DNA of 64,000 bases, taken from contig JAHQJS010000006.1 in assembly GCA_019057385.1 (NCBI GenBank), positions 613,038 to 677,037 of the forward strand, in the 5' to 3' direction. This document shows positions 48,087 through 58,423 of the stretch, one piece after another. Source of the DNA: Candidatus Borrarchaeum weybense (GTDB lineage: Archaea > Asgardarchaeota > Sifarchaeia > Borrarchaeales > Borrarchaeaceae). The translations under genes were made by a program, and so were the position numbers. Position 1 is the stretch's first letter. Each line of letters begins with the position of its first letter. The notes under the pieces were generated by a model. That model worked only from the letters and a program-made list of their open reading frames with translations, made no database searches and was not told the DNA's origin.

Positions 48087-48319
48087 CTACCATTACAGTA
48101 GCTGTCTGGTAGACCTCTTTCTTATATCTTATATTTATATTTTTAGGTCTCATTCCTTAGTACTTAGGTACTTAGGAAGAAGTCTATCGAAAAAGTTGTC
48201 ATTGTTACCTGGTAAAACAAACATCGCTCTTAGACTAAAAAATATTTGAGTTTCGATATAATAAGATCAAAAATAATTGAATGAAAATAAAACTATAGTC
48301 TTATTTTCATTAGTGAGAT

Positions 48320-48808
48320 CTAATATGATTGAGTCGCAATCACAAGCCAAGGCTCCATGAAAGTAAAAATGGTAATTTGTAAATCAGAAGAGCCTCTCCT
48401 TAGTAAACCTTGTAAAAGTTCCAGACGACCCTGTTCGAGAAAAATTAGGTCGATATTTACCGTGTTATTCTTCATAGTTCGAAAATCAATGAAAACTAGC
48501 CCGTCGAGTTTTTTAGACTTAAATGGTTCGTAAAGCCTCCTTTCTACATCCTTCGGAATACCATGCGTTATGATAGTATGCATTCCTTTGAAATCAGAGA
48601 GTTTCTGAAATTTAATCCATTCTTGAAGTCTAGAAAGACGAAATAAACCGCTCGTATGATAGGAACTATGCAAGTCGGTTTCTGGAAAAGAAATAGCAGG
48701 TCCTAAATAAATACTTCCATCTCTCGCTTGTTTGATCCAAACGACTCTCCATAATTCATCTCCATCATCAGTAACCACTACTTCAACATGCCTTTTCTCG
48801 GTTTCCAT
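48320..48808 (-). CDS. Hypothetical protein
   Basis: 162-aa ORF directly downstream of the HIT gene. Confidence 0.7.
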   Translation of the reverse strand: METEKRHVEVVVTDDGDELWRVVWIKQARDGSIYLGPAISFPETDLHSSYHTSGLFRLSRLQEWIKFQKLSDFKGMHTIITHGIPKDVERRLYEPFKSKKLDGLVFIDFRTMKNNTVNIDLIFLEQGRLELLQGLLRRGSSDLQITIFTFMEPWLVIATQSY

Positions 48809-48817
48809 TTTTAATCA

Positions 48818-49468
48818 TCATTGAGAGATCTTTTCAATTGTCGCTTTAATCTCTTCGATGAATTTTTCCCGTTCTTCATTGGGTCTTGCCCATTTATTCG
48901 ACGAAAGTAGTTTCTTATGGTCATTCAAAATACCTTCCGCAGTTTTGATTTTATGATTTCCCTTGCGGATCTTATCTTCTTTCTGATCTTCCTCTGTCAT
49001 CCCTTCTTTTCGATCTTTCTCTACAATCCAGCGTGCTTCTTCAAACTCCTTTTCAAAAAGGAACATGTGCCCAGTCTCGTCTCCTTCAAATCTTGGGATT
49101 AAATGAAAATGAAAAGGAAAATTTTTTGTTTCGCATTCACTTACTACGTAGACTCTCACACACTTGTTTCCTTCTGAATCAGTCAGAAAATCTTGCATTT
49201 TCCGAGTTACGTCACGTATCACTTCCATTATTTCTTGCATATGGTTTTCGTCTTCAAACAATCCTTCATCGGTTATGTCTCCATAACCTTTCCATGAGAT
49301 TACGAGCAAGTGCCCAGAGTTGGCAGGTTTGTCAGGAACTATAACCCAATAACTCTCATTCTTGCAATCTCTTTTGATCTTTCTCGGACGAAGTTTATTC
49401 TGCCAATCGAGCACCCAATCAGATGTGGTCTCACTCATAAGTCCATTCCCCCCTCTATCCAAATGCAT
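48818..49468 (-). CDS. HIT-family nucleotide hydrolase
   Basis: PANSGHLLVI and HFHLIPR. Confidence 0.8.
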   Translation of the reverse strand: MHLDRGGNGLMSETTSDWVLDWQNKLRPRKIKRDCKNESYWVIVPDKPANSGHLLVISWKGYGDITDEGLFEDENHMQEIMEVIRDVTRKMQDFLTDSEGNKCVRVYVVSECETKNFPFHFHLIPRFEGDETGHMFLFEKEFEEARWIVEKDRKEGMTEEDQKEDKIRKGNHKIKTAEGILNDHKKLLSSNKWARPNEEREKFIEEIKATIEKISQ

Positions 49469-49594
49469 CGTATGCTATAAGGAGCTATCACCCTAAAAAA
49501 TCTAATTACTCATTTTGAACTACCTAAGTACTAAGATTTGAGTTTACAGTAATGAGAATAGTAAACTAAAAAAAAAGAGAGAGGTGTGGTGTCG

Positions 49595-50248
49595 TTAGTC
49601 TCTATCCAACTCTACATATGTCTCTTTGTATTCTGGATAATCTCGATGCACCCTCTTACGGATTGTCTCAGGGTCTAATGGGAAAATTACTTCCTTGACT
49701 TTTAAGGTTACCTCTTTGAATGGTTCGGGGAGTACAGTCCATAGTTTTTCAGCAATAGACAAACCAAATGGTGTCAGTTCCGTAAGCAGTGAGGCTTGTT
49801 TAGGGTGTTTTCCCCACGGTTTATACTTAAGCGTGACCATTCCTTTTTTCTCTAGTCGTTTAAGGTCATCAGACAAGTTTTTGGGAACAGGTCCTCGCGG
49901 TGCAGGTTCAAATTCGTCATGAGGGAAAGTCTCCCCTATGTCTAGGTGTACCATTTTCTGCCATTGATAGAAAAGCATCTTGTTCAAATGATATTTGTAA
50001 TGTACTTGTCCTTCTTTGAAAACACCAGGTTTAACGAAGAGCATCATTAACCACGCGATATCTCTGGGTTCCAGATCGTATTGCGCTGCCAACATCCTAA
50101 ACTCTGCTGTCGCAACGTCTGATGGATAAACTCGAATTCTACCAGTTTTCACATTTTTGATTGCAGGGACATCTTTCAAGTGGATAGTATTCCCTCGCCA
50201 ATCGACTGAATCCATATCGATGGCTATTGGTATCCAGTTACCTTCCAA
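49595..50248 (-). CDS. SocA/Panacea (DUF4065)-like antitoxin
   Basis: LNKMLFY...FEPAPRGP...LTPFG. Confidence 0.65.
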   Translation of the reverse strand: MEGNWIPIAIDMDSVDWRGNTIHLKDVPAIKNVKTGRIRVYPSDVATAEFRMLAAQYDLEPRDIAWLMMLFVKPGVFKEGQVHYKYHLNKMLFYQWQKMVHLDIGETFPHDEFEPAPRGPVPKNLSDDLKRLEKKGMVTLKYKPWGKHPKQASLLTELTPFGLSIAEKLWTVLPEPFKEVTLKVKEVIFPLDPETIRKRVHRDYPEYKETYVELDRD

Positions 50249-50285
50249 TTTTATCTCACCTTAATTCTTCAATTGAAATATTTAT

Positions 50286-50549
50286 TCATTTCCTCTTCGG
50301 AGGACCTACGGGTTTACCTCTTTTCAGTTGTTGTACGCCTATTATTACGATTTTATCATCTTCCTCTTTCTGACAATCTACCGCGTAGCGCGGTCCCGCA
50401 CTCAGGTACACGATTTCTCGCCATTTCCTTTTTGCTTTTGGTCTTGTAGGGGCGGAATCTCTCAACATTTTTTTACGTATTTGCTCAATAATTGTTGGAT
50501 GGACCTTTGACTTAAAAGGGACTTTAGGATCAATGATGATATCTAACAT
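50286..50549 (-). CDS. Small basic protein, possible RelE-like toxin
   Basis: 87 aa, basic, C-terminal KIVIIGV strand, upstream of the antitoxin-like gene. Confidence 0.45.
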   Translation of the reverse strand: MLDIIIDPKVPFKSKVHPTIIEQIRKKMLRDSAPTRPKAKRKWREIVYLSAGPRYAVDCQKEEDDKIVIIGVQQLKRGKPVGPPKRK

Positions 50550-50909
50550 TGACGATCAACCCTGTCAAAAGTGTTAAACTTTTGTCAAGCAAAAATGTAA
50601 TCTGAACTTCAGATTCGCCAAAAAGTGTAATATGTACTGCTGTTTCTTATATTTTGCTGGCAATCCATCCAAAAAAAGTGTCTATAATGGCGTTATTTTA
50701 TTTCATTTCAGATTACCTAATTATCATATACATACATATATCTTAAAAGTTTTCTGTAGCAACAGTAATATTGCTAGATAGTATATATACCTCTCTCAAA
50801 AAATGCTCATATAGAGACTCTCTATAAACTAATTGCTCGTTTTTAGTTACCTAAGTACTAAGATTTGAGTTTACAGTAATGGGAATAGTAATAATTAACC
50901 CTTCGCGTT

Positions 50910-51203
50910 TTACGGAGTTATTCTAAACTTCTTCTTCTGCATTGATTTTTTGTAATAGTCACTCGGATTTGCCATACACTCCCATTCACCATTAAAAGAT
51001 ATAACAACAGACAATCCTAACTGACTAAATGCTCTTATCATCTTATGCTGATTTTTAGTTAAATAGGTCCCGTCTTTTTTTACTTCAACAAAGAAGGGGT
51101 CACCTTCTGGTGGGATTACTAAGAAATCGGGATAACCTCCTCTAAGAACTTCGCAACCACGTCTTTTTGCTTCTTCTTTAAATTTTTTTTCTAATTCATT
51201 CAT
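50910..51203 (-). CDS. VRR-NUC domain nuclease
   Basis: GYPDFLV...FFVEVK...LTKNQ. Confidence 0.85.
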   Translation of the reverse strand: MNELEKKFKEEAKRRGCEVLRGGYPDFLVIPPEGDPFFVEVKKDGTYLTKNQHKMIRAFSQLGLSVVISFNGEWECMANPSDYYKKSMQKKKFRITP

Positions 51204-51972
51204 CTTTATTCACCTTTTCCCAAACTTCTTCTGGAATAATTTTCGGAATACACTCTGGATGTGCTGCGTGCCACTTTCCTAACCAATAGAAATATCCGCA
51301 ATAAGTTTTGTTTTTGAGAATGCGAGAAACCTTTACAAGCCCTAGATTCATATCCTTTGCAATGTGGTATTTTGATTCATTTTTGGCTCTTCTCTTAAAG
51401 ATTTTCTCTACAAGTTCTTTTTCCTGTTCAACGATTTCAAAAATAGCAACTTCTCTACCAATCGAGGGAATAACTCGTTTTTTGTTTCGATAACCAAAAG
51501 GAGCTCTACTTTGAGGGATTCCCATTGTGATGTTAAATTTTTTTGATGTTTTGCTTTTGCTAATTTCTTCCTTTTTCTTTTCTGAGTCAGCGTAAGCGTC
51601 AATTGATTCGAGTAAATACGTTTTAGGATCGTTAAGATCGACTTTTGTTGTACCCTTCCAGACTTCTACACCAATCTCATCCAAAAGCCAAAGATTTTTC
51701 ATGCGGATCTTATGATCTCGCCCAAATCGACTTAAATCAGTGACAAAAATCGCAGTAAATTTACCTTGCCGGGCATCTTCGATCATTAGATTGAAGTTTG
51801 TCCGTTTAGAGGTATAACCACTTGCTGCTTTTTTGGCATCATCATAAAATCGCAGAAAATTATATCCCATGGCATCTATATTTTCCTTAATAATGTCTTT
51901 TTGGACCTCTGGACTTGTTTTGTCTTCTTGTCCAGAGGTACTTACTCTTATGTACCCTACGGCTTTTTTCAT
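51196..51972 (-). CDS. Serine recombinase (resolvase plus recombinase domain)
   Basis: YIRVSTSGQ, SG...R, DLSRFGR, PFGY, ILKNKTYCG. Confidence 0.92.
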   Translation of the reverse strand: MKKAVGYIRVSTSGQEDKTSPEVQKDIIKENIDAMGYNFLRFYDDAKKAASGYTSKRTNFNLMIEDARQGKFTAIFVTDLSRFGRDHKIRMKNLWLLDEIGVEVWKGTTKVDLNDPKTYLLESIDAYADSEKKKEEISKSKTSKKFNITMGIPQSRAPFGYRNKKRVIPSIGREVAIFEIVEQEKELVEKIFKRRAKNESKYHIAKDMNLGLVKVSRILKNKTYCGYFYWLGKWHAAHPECIPKIIPEEVWEKVNKDE

Positions 51973-52084
51973 GGAATCCTCTCTGATTACAGTTATACCT
52001 ACAAGTGTAACTAATAACTTATATATAATTTTTACTACCTAAAACTTTATACTAAATTTATAGGTATGAAAAACCAATACTTAG

Positions 52085-52300
52085 GTGATAAAAATTTCTG
52101 ATACAGGAACTAAAACCTATAAGGTTAGAGTCAAAAAAGTTCCTTACCCGACTAAAGAAGGCATAAAATACTCCACGCAACATGAAATTACTATTTCCAG
52201 CGATTTAGCAAAAGCCTTCGGTTTAAAAAAAGGAACTGACTGCTTTTGGGAGTTCACAGCGACGGGAGGCGGAGGATTAGTTCTTAGAAAATTAAAATGA
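52085..52300 (+). CDS. AbrB-like protein
   Basis: EITISSDLAKAFGLKKGTDCFW. Confidence 0.7.
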   Translation: MIKISDTGTKTYKVRVKKVPYPTKEGIKYSTQHEITISSDLAKAFGLKKGTDCFWEFTATGGGGLVLRKLK

Positions 52301-52321
52301 ATTAAAGGAGGTCTTAAAAGA

Positions 52322-52705
52322 ATGTCGGTATCTTTGCCTTTGGTAAAAATCGAATGTCTTGAATGCGGGAGTCCCTTGCCCCGTATTCCAACAATAGAGA
52401 AGCCTGTTGAATGTATTTGTGGCTCAATTTGGGTTGGATACATTCTTGATGGAAAACTAATTTTAGCAAAACCAGAAGAAATAGTGAAAGAAAAAGTTGT
52501 GGTCAAAGAGGTTATTAAGGTCGTTGAAAAGCCCGTAGTTATACCAAACCCGAATCCAAGAACCGTGCCTGTACCACGATACCCTGACGTAACATCTCCA
52601 TGGAAAGACTGTACATATCCCTTTCGCAAATGGAAGGATCATGTGACCGTTGCAAGTGTACTATGGAAGAATGGGCTTAGTAAGGGTGTATCGTGGACTA
52701 AATAA
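52322..52705 (+). CDS. Zinc-ribbon protein with (V/I)VKE repeats
   Basis: CLEC...CIC; EIVKEKVVVKEVIKVVEK. Confidence 0.7.
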   Translation: MSVSLPLVKIECLECGSPLPRIPTIEKPVECICGSIWVGYILDGKLILAKPEEIVKEKVVVKEVIKVVEKPVVIPNPNPRTVPVPRYPDVTSPWKDCTYPFRKWKDHVTVASVLWKNGLSKGVSWTK

Positions 52706-52720
52706 AGGAGGCGTGATCGC

Positions 52721-53173
52721 ATACCGTATTATTGTGAAAACTGTGGATTCTACCTGGATAAGGATAGCGGGGCACCATACGAATGTACCGAATGTAAGGC
52801 ACTAGGGTCTTACAAAAGATGTGAACCTTTAAGCCCTGAATTAGTTGATATAGCTACTTGGAAAAAACCATATTTATTCGTAAACAGGTCAGAAATAGAC
52901 GATCTGAAAATGGAGAGGATTTTAGCAAAAGTACCTGTGTACGGACATCATACGAATCACATGATTCAAGACCTTTGGGATCATGCAATACGAAAGATCC
53001 AAGAAATTACAGAAGTCTCTCAGGAAAAGCCTGGAAAAGAAACACTTCGTAAGTTTTTAATGAAAACTATTGACGCGATAAACTGTCTCGAAATGCAAGT
53101 AGACAACATTCTGTCTGTAATCTATGGCGATCAGGAAGGTAAAGAGGACTTTGAAACGCAAGTACCTAAGTAA
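52721..53173 (+). CDS. Zinc-ribbon protein, extended to an ATA start
   Basis: GGAGGCGTGA RBS; (I)PYYCENCG...YECTEC in frame with 52910-53173. Confidence 0.65.
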   Translation: MPYYCENCGFYLDKDSGAPYECTECKALGSYKRCEPLSPELVDIATWKKPYLFVNRSEIDDLKMERILAKVPVYGHHTNHMIQDLWDHAIRKIQEITEVSQEKPGKETLRKFLMKTIDAINCLEMQVDNILSVIYGDQEGKEDFETQVPK

Positions 53174-53194
53174 TGAGGAAGGAGGTGACTTAAT

Positions 53195-53536
53195 TTGGGA
53201 GATGTTGAATTAAGTGTTGGCTCAATAAGTTTTATTGTGATGTTATGGCTTACAATGAATTTTATTATTGGCTGGGCAGTTGGAGGAACTCTGATACACG
53301 GTGCTAAGTACTGCGGATTCGCGTTTATCTCAGGGTTCATACTGATTCCCTTTATAGGAATTGGCGCAGTGTTATATCTCTTCTTCGCACATCATCTTTT
53401 TACCTATACGGCTTTATTGAACTTCGTTGGATTAAAACCGAATCTCTGGCTGGCAATCGTGTTCTGGTTAGATGTAATCGGCGGCGTGGTTTTCACAAGT
53501 GCAATAATATTATTTTTGAGATGGCTACTTAGGTAA
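53195..53536 (+). CDS. Three-TM membrane protein
   Basis: GGAGGTGA RBS; bounded by two palindrome copies. Confidence 0.75.
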   Translation: MGDVELSVGSISFIVMLWLTMNFIIGWAVGGTLIHGAKYCGFAFISGFILIPFIGIGAVLYLFFAHHLFTYTALLNFVGLKPNLWLAIVFWLDVIGGVVFTSAIILFLRWLLR

Positions 53537-53865
53537 TGAGGTATGATCGAATGATCTCACAAGTAAAAAGTGTTTTTCTATTTTTTTACGAAAATGATCT
53601 ACTTGTGTTGCATATTGCGGTAGTTCTAACCGTCGCCTTCTTCTTGATTATCGGATTTTTGGTAGGGGCTATACTTGTCCTTCTTATTTTAGTCCTTTCA
53701 GATCTTAATATTTACAGGCTTAAGAAAAAAATCAAAGAACTCAATGATATACGTGAAAAGATTGAGCGATATAGACTTGAATTAAAGAAGAGACTTGCAG
53801 AACAACAACTGCCTGAACTACTCTTGAAAGAGATAGAACAATTGAAAGTTGAGGATGGGTTATAA
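53536..53865 (+). CDS. TM plus coiled-coil protein
   Basis: TAATG overlap with the previous gene. Confidence 0.7.
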   Translation: MRYDRMISQVKSVFLFFYENDLLVLHIAVVLTVAFFLIIGFLVGAILVLLILVLSDLNIYRLKKKIKELNDIREKIERYRLELKKRLAEQQLPELLLKEIEQLKVEDGL

Positions 53866-53970
53866 GTAATGATATCGGTAAAGAACTTAGAAAAATTAAT
53901 TAACAATCAAAAAGAAGAAAAGAAGGAATTTAAAGGAGTGTTTGCACCATTATAAGCCTTAATTTTCCCA

Positions 53971-54846
53971 TCAAAAGTAAATAAATAAATCTCCCGTTTT
54001 TTCGAAAAGTACGAGGTTAAAAAACATCAACCAGATATTAATGATTGCTAAAAATCTGATATAAATATTTATCACTGAAAAATATAACATTATTAGTATG
54101 AGACCTGTTAAGATGAGGCAAGTCAATATTAAAACTACATTTAGGATCGTTATCGTTCTGGCTAATTTTGGCTTCTTAATTGGTTCCTTATAGATATCAA
54201 GTCGATTCATATAATATTTGCTCCTTTTTTCAAAATAAAACCAGCACACCAAAAATGGTGATATAAGATCAAATAAAAAAATTAATAATACATTGAATTC
54301 TAATGGGGAAAAAGTCACAAGTGCATAGTAGTACGGAAATGTAATAAAGAAGGCGATGATAAAGCCAGAAAATGACATAACTGCTATAAATGTGCAAGAC
54401 ATTGCCATAGATTCTACGTTTGATAGTTTGTAGTTACAAATTTTAGAAATCTTTCTAACTATAGTGTCTTTCCATATCCTAACTAAGAAGATAATGGGAA
54501 TCATAAAAATGACCATTATTATCACGGAGAAGAATCTAACGATTAAAGCCATAGATAAAGTGGTAATAGACATAATAATGCCCAGAATCAAATATAACCA
54601 CCCTCTACATCTCTCAACAACGGAATCTCCTAATCCTCCTTTAATATATCCTACATAGAATGGAATAATCCAACCCAAGAAAAATAAAGGTAAGAAATAT
54701 ATCAGGGCACCAACTCCGCCAATAAACACTTGTATGAGTGCAAAAATGATAGTTATGGACGAGGAAAGAAATAACAACGCTGAATCGAGTTTTCCAATCC
54801 TTAACTTAACATCAAGATAATGTTTCAGGTCACTTTTGTCATTCAT
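53971..54846 (-). CDS. Cargo polytopic membrane protein
   Basis: About eight TM segments. Confidence 0.75.
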   Translation of the reverse strand: MNDKSDLKHYLDVKLRIGKLDSALLFLSSSITIIFALIQVFIGGVGALIYFLPLFFLGWIIPFYVGYIKGGLGDSVVERCRGWLYLILGIIMSITTLSMALIVRFFSVIIMVIFMIPIIFLVRIWKDTIVRKISKICNYKLSNVESMAMSCTFIAVMSFSGFIIAFFITFPYYYALVTFSPLEFNVLLIFLFDLISPFLVCWFYFEKRSKYYMNRLDIYKEPIKKPKLARTITILNVVLILTCLILTGLILIMLYFSVINIYIRFLAIINIWLMFFNLVLFEKTGDLFIYF

Positions 54847-55339
54847 TTCTTTTCACATTCTCTAAATCTTTATCCAAATAATTATTCAATTTCATCTATT
54901 AAACATACTACATTGTGAAAGGCGCAAAAATAAAAGTAATGCAGTCTCCTTGTGGCGTTGGTAGTTGTGGGGATTCACATTTTTATGATGAGGGCGATGA
55001 TTTCTTCGAGGATCCCTCTGACTTTTAGTAACATTCTCTTTTATTTTTTTAGATATCAAAGGACGTTAGTTTTTTATCTCTCGCATCATATACCAGATTG
55101 CAGTATCCAGAGTTGATCAACGAAGAAACAGGAATATTTCTAGCAATCAGAACGGGAGTATTTAGTTCATTTTTAGTAGAAAATATTGGTGGTAATTACG
55201 TATTTTCTCATTCTGGAAGATTAAAGACAAAATTTACAGGAGATATAAGCTTATCATCGGAAAAGATTCACATAGTTTATTGCTTCGAAAGAGTATCAGA
55301 TTTATTTTGGTAGGCAAAATAAAATAAAGTAATTGAGTG

Positions 55340-55445
55340 CAATCAAAAAGTTTTAGAGATCAATCCTGAGGATAAAAAAGCAAAGATTATTTTAAAGCGA
55401 TTGAGAGTTATGTAAGAGTGGTTGAACTCGATCCTAAGTTTGAAC
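55340..55445 (+). pseudogene. Possible TPR-protein remnant
   Basis: Broken frames QKVLEINPEDKKA and KAIESYVRVVELDPKF. Confidence 0.35.
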
Positions 55446-55452
55446 GAGGGGA

Positions 55453-56403
55453 TTGAACATAAAGAATGAAACAATAACAATCATTTTAAAGAAATTAGCA
55501 GACTTGTATCCTAATTCTATGTTCAAGGAACAATTGAAACAATATATTTCTCTTTCAGACAGTGATTTGTCAAGATATATCCATTACATTGCGGAAAAGG
55601 GCTATATTAGAAAATCAAATGGTCCTCTTTTCAAAATAACCGCTGCTGGAATTCGGTATATTGGCGAAGAAATAGTTGATAATGAAACTCTTATGATCAT
55701 ACTTGAACAACTAAACAAGAATTATCCTAATTACGTAGAGAATATATTTTTTCAAGAATTCTTAGATATGGATGATTTTTCCTCAAGACGAATATTTTCA
55801 TATCTAGAAGAAACTGGCCTTGTTGAAATAAACTGGTTTGCAGGAAAAAGATTCGACATTAAGATCACTAGTTATGGTATTGATCAACTAGTTCCTGAAA
55901 AAAATAAACTTGCGAAAGAAGATACAATTTCCATGCCAAATGAGATAGAGATGGCGCTTGAGACCCCTTTTACGAATATAACTAAAGTTTCTGAATTAAT
56001 GCAAAAACTCAAAGGAGATATCCTTTTAATTGAGAAACACTTTGATCAAAAAGGCTTTAAGTTTGTAAAAAAACTCAATCCCTTGTTTGTAAGTAATGTG
56101 AAAATCTTAATGAGTACAGATCATTTAAGTAGAGATTTTAAGGATATATTTAAAGCCTTTAAAACCGAGATGGACAATAAAGGAATAACTGTAGAACTTA
56201 GAATTCTTGATGAAAAGGATGTTGAAAGAATACATGATAGATATATTTTAAGTGAAGAAAATTGTTATAATATTCCGCCGATGAATATTATTCATAAAAA
56301 GCTAGGAGACATCAAAAGAATCCAAGATGTTGAAAGTAAAAAAGCCTATTTTAAGAAATGTTGGGCTAGAGCAACTAATATTATAAAAATTAGCACAAAA
56401 TGA
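55453..56403 (+). CDS. Tandem wHTH plus PLD-like (HDR) C-terminal domain protein
   Basis: KITAAG and KITSYG wings; IHDRYIL. Confidence 0.7.
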   Translation: MNIKNETITIILKKLADLYPNSMFKEQLKQYISLSDSDLSRYIHYIAEKGYIRKSNGPLFKITAAGIRYIGEEIVDNETLMIILEQLNKNYPNYVENIFFQEFLDMDDFSSRRIFSYLEETGLVEINWFAGKRFDIKITSYGIDQLVPEKNKLAKEDTISMPNEIEMALETPFTNITKVSELMQKLKGDILLIEKHFDQKGFKFVKKLNPLFVSNVKILMSTDHLSRDFKDIFKAFKTEMDNKGITVELRILDEKDVERIHDRYILSEENCYNIPPMNIIHKKLGDIKRIQDVESKKAYFKKCWARATNIIKISTK

Positions 56404-56421
56404 AGCCACTGTTGAATAGAA

Positions 56422-56979
56422 TCACTTGCCATACTCCTCGTTCCAACCCTTTTCTTTTGCTTCCTGAATTGAAAGTTCATTATCTACTTCAAGAAGAGTT
56501 GTTGCTAATTTTAGAAAAGTATCCATAAATTTCTTGTCATGTGCAGTCTCATAAGTTAGACCATCCGAAGAAGTGTACCGATCCTTGCTTACGATATGTG
56601 TGTATTCATGGGCAAAAAGGATCTGTGCACCAAGATCAATCAATGCTTTTATGGTATTTTTCCATTTGGGAAATCTTAATACAAAGAATATTTGTTTTTT
56701 CTTAGTAGTTTTATAGCGTTGAATTGTCATGTCTGCTCTGATATTCTCATCCTTGACGTTTTCTTGCTGATTAAGAACCAAGAAAAAAGGAGTTTTAATA
56801 TTAAACACCTTTCTTAGTCGATTTAGAGCAGTAAGAACATAATGAAACATTTGATCTTGGCAAATATCACATACGGTAAGATCAGAGCCGTTATTGGGCT
56901 TGTAATATATGTGGACCTTGTAACTGTCACATTTGAAAATATAATCATCTTCCCATTCTTTAGGCTCAGGTACTTTCAT
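56422..56979 (-). CDS. Zincin (HEXXH) metallopeptidase-like protein
   Basis: FAHEYTH...AHDKKF. Confidence 0.75.
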   Translation of the reverse strand: MKVPEPKEWEDDYIFKCDSYKVHIYYKPNNGSDLTVCDICQDQMFHYVLTALNRLRKVFNIKTPFFLVLNQQENVKDENIRADMTIQRYKTTKKKQIFFVLRFPKWKNTIKALIDLGAQILFAHEYTHIVSKDRYTSSDGLTYETAHDKKFMDTFLKLATTLLEVDNELSIQEAKEKGWNEEYGK

Positions 56980-57404
56980 CCTTTAGCCTCCTGCAACAGG
57001 GAAATTTTACGAGATTGACCTGATTCTTTTTTATAACAGTTTGCTAACGCCTCTAAGGATCGTGCAATTCTCTTTCGTGCGGGCCAATCAATTTCTCCTC
57101 TGAGTGTTTCTTCGGCGAGTCTTAAACCGTATCCGCCAAAGATTAAACGTATCAGAGGGATGATTTCTCTCTGATGAACGCCATGTTTTTTTAGATCATC
57201 AAAGATTTTCCCTGCTTTAGGTGTCAAATCTTCTGTTTCTACATGATCGAACTCTTCAATGGCACAAACGGTCATACAACAATGCACACACCGCCCCCAC
57301 TCACATATATTCTCTTTTTCGAAATATCCATCACAAACATTGCATTGTTTCCATTCGTCGGGGTCTAATTGAATATATTTTGTTTTTTCCGTCATTTTAA
57401 ACAC
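56976..57404 (-). CDS. Cys-rich protein
   Basis: CNVC...C...CVHC. Confidence 0.7.
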   Translation of the reverse strand: MFKMTEKTKYIQLDPDEWKQCNVCDGYFEKENICEWGRCVHCCMTVCAIEEFDHVETEDLTPKAGKIFDDLKKHGVHQREIIPLIRLIFGGYGLRLAEETLRGEIDWPARKRIARSLEALANCYKKESGQSRKISLLQEAKG

Positions 57405-57435
57405 CCTTAATCATATCAAACATCATTTCAAGTAA

Positions 57436-57642
57436 TTACATTGTCAATTTTTTTTGCTGATGCTTTCCTTTTGATGTTTCTTTAAGTTCAGAATATAATC
57501 TCGCATATAGATCTGGGTTAATACAATCATATTCAGCCATGCTATCAGCTACCTCTAATAACAGGCGTTCAAGTCGTTTAACACGATCTTCTATTTTCAT
57601 AATATCAACTCCGTCAAAGTCTCTCACTTCATAGGAAACCAT
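57436..57642 (-). CDS. Small hypothetical protein
   Basis: ORF within the minus-strand gene run. Confidence 0.6.
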   Translation of the reverse strand: MVSYEVRDFDGVDIMKIEDRVKRLERLLLEVADSMAEYDCINPDLYARLYSELKETSKGKHQQKKLTM

Positions 57643-57853
57643 TCTAAACTCTCATCAAGTTTTTTATCTTCAGCAATCTCTTTAGAGATTATAAACATCT
57701 GATAAATAAATCTCTTTTTTCCCTTAATCGGTTGGTTGTTATTTGCGCTCAATAGTAAAAGAATCCATTTTTCAATGGGTTTAATCATTTTACATCAAAA
57801 CATCCAATTACGTCAATGGTTAATTTCATACACAATAACTTGTAATTAGTGTT

Positions 57854-58273
57854 TTAGCACGCCTCTCCAACAAGATGTTTAGCCAATTTTTTGTTTAAAC
57901 CAATTTTTGTTAACTTTCGATACGTTCTACTTCCAATATTGCCTTTTCTTTCTTTTTTACAAAGTTTCATGGCTTCGAGTAATTCCCTTCTTTCCCTCTC
58001 CCATACTTTGAGATCTGCTTTTGCTTTGGTTAGTATCTCATCCGCTTGCTTTTTTGCATCCCTGATAATTTTTCTCGCTCGTTTTTGAGCTTCTTCTAAT
58101 TGTGCACGTGCCTTTTGAAGTGCTTTCATATTTTCTTTTAATAATTGATTGTATTCTTCGATGAGTTCATCCGCTCCGTCCTTTTCGTACTGTTCACGAT
58201 CTAAGATTTCTTTAACTTGCTTTTTAGCCTCAGTAATTAATGTTGCATGATGTTTTTGGTTTTTCATTCTCAT
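57854..58273 (-). CDS. Coiled-coil protein
   Basis: A/K/E-rich helices; start abuts a palindrome copy. Confidence 0.7.
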   Translation of the reverse strand: MRMKNQKHHATLITEAKKQVKEILDREQYEKDGADELIEEYNQLLKENMKALQKARAQLEEAQKRARKIIRDAKKQADEILTKAKADLKVWERERRELLEAMKLCKKERKGNIGSRTYRKLTKIGLNKKLAKHLVGEAC

Positions 58274-58423
58274 TACCTAAGTAGTTTTAATTTTGGTGGG
58301 ATAGGAGACGCCTAATCCATTCAGGACTTTTATAAAAATGACCAGTCTGTTACAAGATGCAGTTTTTTGATCGCGGCATTCATCTCTGTATTCTCGTGTC
58401 TCCTATCCTTTCACCACAATTAA

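Larger units (their letters stand above)
49521..50891 (+). repeat. 44-bp direct repeat (49521-49564 / 50848-50891) flanking the TA cassette
   Basis: TACCTAAGTACTAAGATTTGAGTTTACAGTAATGRGAATAGTAA, 43/44 identical. Confidence 0.92.
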
